From Eledone cirrhosa (taxonomy: Eukaryota), in the NCBI GenBank assembly GCA_964016885.1, contig OZ024748.1:34162001-34226000 (forward strand): 64,000 bases of DNA. The letters run 5' to 3'. Positions 54,260-64,000 of the stretch are shown here, in pieces. Both the position numbers and the translations under genes were made by a program. The first letter of the stretch is position 1, and each line of letters begins with the position of its first letter. Under the pieces are notes generated by a model, which did no database searches, was not told the DNA's origin, and saw only the letters and a program-made list of their open reading frames with translations.

Positions 54260-55290
54260 ATGTATGTTCTTCTGGTTTTATAATTTCACAAAGTTTTACC
54301 AATAGAGAGAGAGTTGGTTTCTAACATAGACACAAGACTCTCTCATTGGAATTTATACATCAACTAGGTAGATATGTATGTATGCATGCATGTGTAGATA
54401 TGGATGTTATTGTATGTGTGGATGTGGATGTTTTGAGTTGTATGTGTGGATGTGTATGTTTTGAGTTGTATGTCTGCATGTGTATATGCTTTGCATCTCT
54501 ACGTGTGTATATGCAGTTATTAGATGCAAAGTTTTTGGAATATTTTACATATTTTTACTGTTCCATTAATGGATTGTACTTGTAATTTCCTAACTAGTTG
54601 TGTTATATCTGTTCCTGTGAAGCCTAGCTTCTCAAAATTTGTATTGAGGCAGTTACTAACATACCCAGTGCCCCAATAATCACAGGCATAAATCTGAAGG
54701 TGTAATCAAGGTGGAGTATCTGCAGATTTCTCATCAGTTCTGCATAAATATTCTCCTTTTCACTAATCTTTGATATTATATTGGCATCTGCTGGGCAGCT
54801 AATTTCCACTACTGTGCATGTTTTCTTCTCCCTGTCCCATATCATAATATCTGGTCTGTTATGCATGCAATTTATTGGGGTTTTTACTGGGACATTCCAC
54901 CAGTACTCTTTCATATTATGTACATGGATGTCTTCCACATTGCTGTAGCTTTTAATGTGTTTATTATCGGGGCTATTTTTTTACGAACTGCATTGTACAG
55001 TGCTTTGGCCACTACATCATGCCTCATAGGTAGATAGTACCGTGATGACATCTTTGGACAACTGCTGATGACATGGGTGATATCCTCGATGTTAGTTCTG
55101 CAGAGTCTGCACTTGTTATCACATCTAGGTGTTTTGCCTGCATCCCTATCTCTTTTCTGAATCCGGTATTTCGTGTTAATCTCCTGTTTTTGGATTGCAA
55201 AAGCGTATCCTTCAAAGTGGGAGCCAATATAGCGGTTGTTGGTCCAAGATAGACTACTTTCCTTATCTATATTACTCTCACTCTGGAGCT
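54260..55290 (-). mobile_element. 3' fragment of a restriction-like-endonuclease non-LTR element
   Basis: CRLCRTNIEDITHVISSC (CCHC), RHDVVAK, HNRPDIMIWD..VVEISCP..EKENIY..PVIIGALG; tail runs into (ACAT)n. Confidence 0.85.
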
Positions 55291-55340
55291 TCCTGGCAAC
55301 TTATCCATGCATGATATTTCGATGATAAGTATGCAGTTTT

Positions 55341-56056
55341 TCATCATCAGTAACTACTAAGCCCCAGGTTTTATATCGGAGTTATCCCAGTTTCGTGTGT
55401 TGCCTTCTTCTAGGAGAATGCTCTGACAAAGGCCAGGGGTCCTTCACTCCCAGTGGTTTAACCGCGCGGTACATGTGTATATAACATGTAACCCAGTACA
55501 ACCTGTATGTATGTATGTATGTGACAGGTTGTTCTGCGTTACATGTTACCAGTAGTATTCAAGAGTGACCCGACATGGTCGGGTCGTCGGCGACTAAACC
55601 GGCAGCCCCACCAAGTTTAGTTGGTGAGGAGGGTGATTTTGGACACCCTGCAGGGCAAAAAACAAAACCTGACAAAGGGCGGAAAAACTCATAAAAGTCA
55701 CCGGCCATCCGAAAGTGTGTAAATATGTATATACACATGTACCGCGCGGTTAAACCACTGGGAGTCAGGACCCCTAGCCTTTGTCAGGGCATTCTTCTAG
55801 GAGAAGGCAAATCAGGAAACTGGGATAACTCCAATATAAAACCTGGGGCTCAGTAGTTACCGATGATGTTGATTTTTTTCTTCTTTTCGATTTATAGCTA
55901 TTGTCGCTCAGAGAGTGGATTTGGCTCAGTGCACAGTCTTTCGACACTTTAATAAATATCTTCACGCACAGGCATTGCACGATAGAATTAATTAATAATT
56001 ATTAATAATGGTATATCGTGGAATGGCCATACTCGATAACGCGAGGTCAGCCATCA
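55341..56056 (+). mobile_element. RTE-like non-autonomous element with inverted partial duplication at its 5' side
   Basis: 55523-56056 is homologous to 6841-7452; 55341-55481 is the reverse complement of 55728-55868. Confidence 0.6.
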
Positions 56057-56118
56057 TATATATATGTATATGTATGTGTGTGTATGTGTGTGCGCGTGTG
56101 TGCATGTATGTGTGTATG

Positions 56119-56188
<70 letters not shown>

Positions 56189-56648
56189 CAGAGACACAAA
56201 GACGCGTACGAATTGATGGAGCGGTTTGGATGACATCCAAGCTAGAAGTATAAAGTGTTGCGTTGAGTCAAGAGAGGTTCCTCTGCAATGTGTAAAGCCC
56301 GACAAAGTATGTTAAGGAAGACCACGAGTCGTACTTGCATGTCAGTCTTCATCCTCTACGTCACTGATGTTGTCGAAGAGAGCGGCAACGGCTGAGACAA
56401 CTTGGCACCGTAACGTATTTAGTATTGTGAGATGACACTCTAACCACTACGGCAGCACTTTCACAAGGTTAAAATAAGCTGTGATTTAAAACATATGGAG
56501 AGTAATATGGCTGATAAATAGAAATAAAATCTATTACTAACGAAATATTTTTTTAAAGGATGAAATGTAAGAAGGGAAAGATGTAAAGGAGAAGAAATGA
56601 CAGCTGGTTGACGTAAATGAGAACCGGTATTTGCGGATACACACATGC

Positions 56649-56738
<90 letters not shown>

Positions 56739-56820
56739 ATAATAATAAAATTGAAGACTAAAATCCAAAGAGGGCTCGATAAGGAAAATATATATCAAAT
56801 ATATAAGAACCGTAGAGCAA

Positions 56821-56949
56821 ATATTTATTAAAATAACAGATTAAAGTTTAAGCAAAGAATCGCTGCTTTCACCCTTAACGGGATCTTCTGAAGATCCCGT
56901 TAAGGGTGAAAGCAGCGATTCTTTGCTTAAACTTTAATCTGTCATTTTA

Positions 56950-56957
<8 letters not shown>
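56821..56957. repeat. Near-perfect DNA palindrome (68 bp arms, 1 nt spacer) from family E pLTR
   Basis: Centre at 56889 (atcttc T gaagat); one mismatch seen. Confidence 0.9.
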
Positions 56958-57009
<52 letters not shown>

Positions 57010-57762
57010 ATTTGTATGTGAGTGAGTGTGTCTGTAGCAGGGTATGTGCATTTGAGTATTCATATGAATATTTGTAGATATATGTGTGTATTGGAAATAG
57101 TGTGTATGTGTCTGTATGTACCTGTGTTGATGTGATTGAGTGTTGCAGGTAAAACAACAACATGGAAGTAAATAAATAGGGCCCATATAAAACTTGCAGA
57201 GTTAATATTGTGTAGCTTCACATAAAACGTATATATATATAAATATGAGAAAATATATATGATGCATGAGGGAAAGTGTGAGTGCGTATGTGTCACTGTG
57301 TCTCTGTGTATGTGTGATTGTGCGCGCGTGCATGTATGTGTGTGTGAGAGATATAGATAGAGGGACAGAGAGGGAACGAGAGAGAAAGAGAGACTATGTG
57401 GTGTGTGAATGTATATAAAACCTTTCTGTTATAGTAACCATACCCAAACTCACTAACACATATAACACATCAACAACAGAAACATACCGTAATGATTTTC
57501 AGCGTGTAATACTCCAGACGATAGACACTTATACGGTTATCGCGTGTTTATGTGCGGAGCACATTTCAGGTGCAATTGCCTTACTGTTAAATAAAAAGTT
57601 AGCTGAAGTTGCCTCTCCATCTCCCTTGAAAATTGGTTTTGCATATGATAGAAATCTTCATCAATCTCCCTACCCTTCTACCGTCCCTTTCTCTTTTATA
57701 TATATATGGTGTCCCAGCATGGCCCCAGCCAGATGGCTGGAACAGGTAGAAGAGTAAAAGAG

Positions 57763-57838
<76 letters not shown>

Positions 57839-57919
57839 AAAGGTAAACAGAAATAACACAATCGGTAGTGTATATGGAGGGTATATATTAGGTTAACGCT
57901 TGATATAGCAGGAAGAGGG

Positions 57920-57955
57920 TCTTAACGTTTCGGACGCTAGTCCTTCATCAGAAGA
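57920..57955 (-). ncRNA. Minimal hammerhead (family H)
   Basis: tctt-CTGATGA-a ggac tagc gtcc-GAAACGT-T-aaga. Confidence 0.65.
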
Positions 57956-58047
57956 AAGAATGAGAAATAAAATAGATTGAGGGGACGGGCGGGATGGAAT
58001 TGGGAAAAATGTCTTTAGATAAAAATAACAGGTCCATTCATGTTATG

Positions 58048-58078
<31 letters not shown>

Positions 58079-58126
58079 CTATCTATATATATGTATATAT
58101 ATATGTATATATATATGTATATATAT

Positions 58127-60097
58127 GGGATAGCAAGTTATCGTGATCCACTTAGAGGTAGTCCGGTTAGAGTACTCCGTGTTGTGAATGGTTTTAACGT
58201 GCGGCTTAGTTTGACTCAACAAGATGCTTCCATAGTGATGCAGCGAGTTCGCGGTAGTTTCTATGCAGGTTATACTTGGAGTAATAATAGTTAAAGAAAG
58301 AAGAGTAACATGGTTGGCTGTACAATAAGGGTTTTCATCAAATTGCTGACAATTGTTTCGTTGATCTGTTGCGTCTAGAGTTCGCTAATCGCTTGATGTT
58401 GCGTCAATCGATCTCCCATACGTTGTTTACAACCAGTCAACACATCAGAGCAAGTGGATATGAAAATTATACGCAAAGCATGGCTTTTATAGAAGAGTGG
58501 TGTTAAACCAAAACAATAACATCAGTAACAAAATAGCTAGAAAGCGAATAATTAAAACAATAACATCAATAATAAAACACGCATGGTAATAAACAGAGAT
58601 GATACAGATGTATGAAGTGACATGCAAAATCTAAGATATGTCACATTAAAAGGAATAAAATAATAAAATGTACTTAGAGTCAGATTTTTGGGTCTCAACT
58701 GTAAGTGTAATTATGAGAGATTTAGATACAAATGAGCTATTGGTCTGAAAAGTGAACAACAATAAAACGGAGATTAATTTATGGTTTGACAGATAAATGC
58801 TTGTAGTAGATATTTCCTAGTGAGATTGATGGAGGGAGTGTATAGAGATTTATGGTTCTATGGTAGTTGGTATTAAGTGAAATTGTGGATTCAGTATGTT
58901 AAGGTTTAGGTGGTTTAGTCCAAATTTTGGGATTGCTGGTTCGAATCATGGAGGTTCAAGTTTCGTAACATCAATAACAAAATAGCGTATAATTAAAACA
59001 ATAACATCAATAATAAAACATGCATGGTAAATAGATAGAGAATGTGGCGAATAAAATCAAAGATAGGGTACATTGAAATGATAATAATAATAAGAAGAAA
59101 ATAAGAATTACAGGGGAGTATAAAAGGAATAAGATAATGTACTTAGAATTAAGTTCGTCTGTAAGTGTTCCTGGGTGCTAGTATGAGATATGTAGATACA
59201 ATTGTGTGGTCCGAAAGAATGAACAACAGTAAAGTCGAGATTAATTTATGAGCTGACAAGATAATTGATAAATGTTTGTAGTAGACGATTGTGCCTGCTG
59301 TACTATCTTGATGGTATTGATGGAAGGAGGTTGGAAAAGGTTTACAGAAATGTATGGTTCTGCAGTAGCTGTGTCATAGTGCGGATTTCATACGTTAAAG
59401 TCTAAGTGGTTTTCTATTAATTTTGAGAATGCTGGTTCGAATCAAGGTGGTTTAAATTTCGTAAATCTAGTTGCAATCTTACGTCTGCAGAAAATGGACC
59501 TTTCTATTTTGCTGTTAAGCAACATCCTATCGTACCTTAAGATATGTAGCAGTTCCAAATTACAGAGCCCGCAGTGGGACATACCGTTGGTATAGGCTTT
59601 TGCTGCCGCTAATTTCGACCAGGTAATTTTATATTCAAGGCTTTTGTGTTGAAGATGCCAGATTTTATATATTATTATATTATTATATTATTATATTATT
59701 ATGTTATTATATTATTATATTATTTTATTCCTTTATCTACTTTTAATGTGCCCTATCTTAGATTTTGCATGTCACTTCATACATCTGTATCATCTGTTTA
59801 TTTACCATGCGTGTTTTATTATTGATGTTATTGTTTTAATTATTCGCTATATAGCTATTTTGTTACTGATGTTAATGTTTTGGTTTAACACCACTCTTCT
59901 ATAAAAGCCATGCCTTGCGTATTATTTTCATATCCACTTGCTCTGATGTGTTCACTGGTTGTAAACAACGTATGGGAGATCGATTGACGCAACATCAAGC
60001 GATTAGCGAACTCTAGACGCAACAGATCAACGAAACAATTGTCAGCAATTTGATTAAAGCCCTTATTGTACAGCCAACCATGTTACTCTTCTTTCTT

Positions 60098-60101
<4 letters not shown>
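58127..60101 (-). mobile_element. PLE 3' end (GIY-YIG tail 59440-59670) with inverted pLTR 59710-60101 (family L)
   Basis: Homologous to 51450-52990; 58290-58680 is approximately the reverse complement of 59710-60101. Confidence 0.85.
59938..60048 (+). ncRNA. Hammerhead with ~80 nt stem II domain, CUGAUGU core (copy 58343-58453 -)
   Basis: ttgct-CTGATGT-gtt[g/c]actggttg...caacagatcaac-GAAA-caattg-TC-agcaa; the paralogue near 51595 (-) has CTGATGA. Confidence 0.65.
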
Positions 60102-60132
<31 letters not shown>

Positions 60133-60156
60133 ATAGAGTATATATATATATATGTG

Positions 60157-60289
<133 letters not shown>

Positions 60290-60614
60290 GGTTATATTTA
60301 ATTTGTTGGGATTCAACAAGCTTAAACGTTTTTATAACTGATATAAAGCACTCAACGATTTAGTGGAGTAAATACACAATATAGTAATAAATGGAAACTA
60401 TATTTATAAAACCATATTTATTTTATTATTTATATTTCAAGGGCAGCCAAGGCAAATTATGGTGCGCTTTCATCAGATAAAATACAGATTTGTTTTATAA
60501 ATAAATATTGACATATCCGGAAAAAAGACAACCTTAACAGTTGATCCAGGAAGCTCCAACCGCTAAGGTTTTTTTTTTCCGGGTATGTCAATATTTATTT
60601 ATAAAACAAATCTG

Positions 60615-60680
60615 TATTTTATCTGATGAAAGCGCACCATAATTTGCCTTGGTTGCCCTTGAAATATATATAATAAAATA
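60615..60680 (+). ncRNA. Type I hammerhead (family D) in fold-back element 60285-60725 (copy 60419-60484 -)
   Basis: tattttat-CTGATGA-aag.gca..tgc.ctt-GAAA-tatata-TA-ataaaata. Confidence 0.78.
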
Positions 60681-61394
60681 AATATCGTTTTATAAATATA
60701 GTTTCCATTTATTATTATATTGTATATATATATATATATATAAAGAATTAATATATCTAGTAACATATATATACATACAGATGCATATCAATGCTAGCAA
60801 ATATATAGGTTTTGTCTTAGTAACTTTGTGGTTCAATGCATGGGGTTGCAGAACAATAATATGAGAGACGTAAAATAGGAAAATTATAAAATTAACTTAC
60901 TTACTAAAATTTCACTCCCAACTAATTAGTTTCTGAAATGGAATTAGTTGGGAGTGAAATTTTAGTAAGTAAGTTAATTTTATAATTTTCTTATTTTACG
61001 TCTCTCATATTATTGTTCTGCAGCCCCATGCATTGAACCACGAAGTTACTAAGACAAAACCTATATATTTGCTAGCATTGATATGCATCTGTATGTATAT
61101 GTTACTAGATATATTAATTCTTTATAATTATCTCCAAATTATTTGTCGAGCAATATTGGCCAAGACTGCTGCTATAGTAGCAGGCAGGCCGCTGTCTTCT
61201 TAACAAACCACTTTCCACTGATTGACCTCGATGTCACGTGATTGATTCTTTTTGAATTTGCCACCGACGCAGTAGGCAGTGATTTTATCAATGGCTAGGA
61301 ATTCAGTCCACGCTTTGTTATTTTCTATCCACTGAATTATTTTTGTATAAGTTTCCAGAGTCCACGCTTTGCCTGGATACTTAGCTGAGAATAG

Positions 61395-61476
61395 ACTTCC
61401 CTGACGACGAAATGCTTCTCTATATTTTCTTCGGAAAGTATATTTATTCCATCTCAGAAACTGATTAGTTGGGAGT
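61395..61476 (+). ncRNA. Type I hammerhead with extended stem II domain (family B) in fold-back element 60742-61527
   Basis: acttcc-CTGACGA-[~49 nt]-GAAA-ctgattag-TT-gggagt; stem III is palindromic (actaattagt) in sister copies. Confidence 0.6.
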
Positions 61477-61521
61477 GAAATTTTAGTAAGTAAGTTAATT
61501 TTATAATTTTCTTATTTTACG

Positions 61522-61606
<85 letters not shown>

Positions 61607-61979
61607 ACGGCGATGAATTAGTTTTGCGACGTTTTTTATATGAAATCGTGTGTCGAAACAAATATTGTTATACTTGGGGAGGGTCATATTTGTGAATAAA
61701 AATGGCGTAGCCATACAATTCAACAGGAGGAAACAATAGCACCACTGACGATGTTGCAGATGTGCAACGAAAGATTTATGATAAACTATATATATGTGTT
61801 TGTGTCTATATTGTATCTGTATTATTTTTGACCGTCGGTCAGTCAATGGCAACATTGAGGACCGAGTATATTAGATTACCGATATAAAAGACACAGAAGC
61901 GAAAAGCGAAAACTAACCAAACAGTGAGTGTGTTCTGTTATTAATTCTGGCAATATTACACAAATATGACCCTCCCCAA

Positions 61980-62028
<49 letters not shown>

Positions 62029-62029
62029 G

Positions 62030-62641
62030 TGGTGGAACACTGGAAGGTAATATCCGTAGTGGTAGAACACTCAGTCCATGGGACGAGTTAGGTAGAAGTG
62101 GTTACACAACAGTTAGTTCACCATACCGAGAATAATTGTTTCACCTTAGCGAATCCTCAGATCGTAATGGCCATGGTTATACGGAACAGGAAGGACAACC
62201 GTGCGAACGCGCATGCGCAGAAACGATCACTTCACACAGGCAATACTAAAATGCGTGCGAGAGGTGTAAGGGAGATAACTGCGAAAGTCCGAAAATGTCT
62301 AGTTGATAAGAAAATTAGGATGTTGTTGTATATTCAATCCGGAGCTTTGTAGTTATGTAAGAGGTGTTTCCAGGCGTGTGGACAACGTGTGAATAATTCA
62401 TTTCTGCTATTTAGGAAATCACTATTGCGTAATCTCTTTTGATTATTTATTCGTTCAGCAATACATAGTCCACACGACGGGATGCCCTTTGCGTATGGCT
62501 TGGACTTAGTGATGGCTTTCCATTGAATGGAGTAGTCCATACTTGAGTCTTTGAGGGACCATGTCAATTACGAGCTGAGGATCCGCTAAGGTGAAAAAAT
62601 TGTTCTCGGTATGGTGAACTAACTGTTGTGTAACCACTTCT
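62030..62641 (-). mobile_element. PLE 3' end (GIY-YIG C-terminus 62334-62567) with short inverted pLTR; hammerheads at 62127-62164 (-) and 62571-62608 (+) (family M)
   Basis: YSIQWK..PY..CGLCIAE..LNSRNELFTRCPH; cgag-CTGAGGA-t cc gctaa gg t-GAAA-(c)aattg-TT-ctcg. Confidence 0.82.
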
Positions 62642-62687
62642 ATATATATATATGTTGATTTATATATATATATATATGTTGATATAG

Positions 62688-62788
<101 letters not shown>

Positions 62789-63143
62789 GATTTAAAACTT
62801 CACTATTCACAAGTGTTTTTTAAGCTTCATATTATGTCTCCCTATTTTATCTGATGAGAACGCAGATATCATCCCATGATGATATTTGTTTTTGAAATGC
62901 CATAATAAAATACTTGGAACTCTTTTAACCATCTTTTGATCTTATATATATATATATAAATAAAAGGATTACAACGGAGAATACATACTGTGAGAACATG
63001 TTTATACAAAAGCACCAGCTAGATATTAACGCTTCCGATATTTAACAATGTAGGCACAAGTATTGAGCACAAAGCACCAGCTTTTGGCTATTATCTATAT
63101 GTATCGCTTATCCCTTTAAACCTCTACTCTCTCACCATACTAA

Positions 63144-63219
<76 letters not shown>

Positions 63220-63224
<5 letters not shown>

Positions 63225-64000
63225 TATGTACGCGTACATACATATATGTATACAGACGTACAGTAGTATGTATATATATATTCATACATGCACACATATA
63301 TACATGTACGTATGGATTCACCGAACATTTATTATAATGCTCGGTGTATTTGTAAACAAACATCCCGTATTAAGCCGTAGTGTCGACCAACCATCGTTGC
63401 TCGTTTGTTCAACACTGACAAAGGAACGCTGTACTAGTTTCAAGCTTATTAGCTATCGTCAGCAACGTATACCTTCCTGCCAGATTGTTGAACATATATA
63501 CTTACCTTATGTATATTAACGGCTGAGTAGCCTAATCTGCATATCGAGTGGGTTAATCGGCAGGGTGCACCGAAAACGATAAACGGAAAAAAATGAAACG
63601 AAATTTCATTTCCCACTCTTAGTACGGCTGTTACTTAAATATAAGTATGTACACGTACATACATATATGTATACAGACGTACAGTAGTATGTATATATAT
63701 ATACATACATGCAATACATATATATATGCACGTATGGATTCACCGAAGATTTATTATAATGCTCGGTGTGTTTGTAAACAATATATTTAAGTAACAGCCG
63801 TACTAATAGTGGGAAATGAAATTTCGTTTCATTTTTTTCCGTTTATCGTTCAACAATCTGGCAGGAAGGTATACGTTGCTGACGATAGCTAATAAGCTTG
63901 AAACTAGCACAGCGTTCTTTTGTCAGTGTTGAACAAACGAGCAACGATTGTTGCTGGACACTACGGCTTAATACGGGATGTTTGTTTACAAACACACCAA
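63220..64000. mobile_element. Rearranged tandem/inverted pLTR units of family I; hammerheads at 63426-63468 (-) and 63873-63915 (+, UH mutated)
   Basis: Homologous to 22080-22640. Confidence 0.8.

Noticed and set aside
55300-55355. CTGATGA...GAAA on - strand
   Set aside because: Spans the junction of two unrelated elements; the sister copy has ccgatgatg and no valid stem I.

Overview
AT-rich animal genomic DNA (the SINE and repeat landscape resemble what I recall of octopus/cephalopod genomes; this is inference) with no convincing host protein-coding exon. Three layers dominate. (1) (TA)n/(CA)n/(GA)n microsatellites, which account for most ORF-track hits. (2) Penelope-like elements (PLEs): several decayed RT+GIY-YIG copies plus many short ORF-less fold-back or tandem units embedded in (TA)n. 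Reading these by eye gives about 13 distinct families (roughly 35 copies, some decayed) of type I hammerhead ribozyme motifs. They include a U3-A8 core with stem II covariation, a family-wide CAGAAGA core, CUGAUGU cores and very long stem II/III insertions. (3) A ~21 kb head-to-tail array (25.3-46.6 kb) of four divergent, disrupted L1/Tx1-clade LINEs with (ATT)n tails, with nested tRNA-derived SINEs and an R4/Dong-like fragment. All folds and alignments were done by eye and coordinates are approximate to a few bases.
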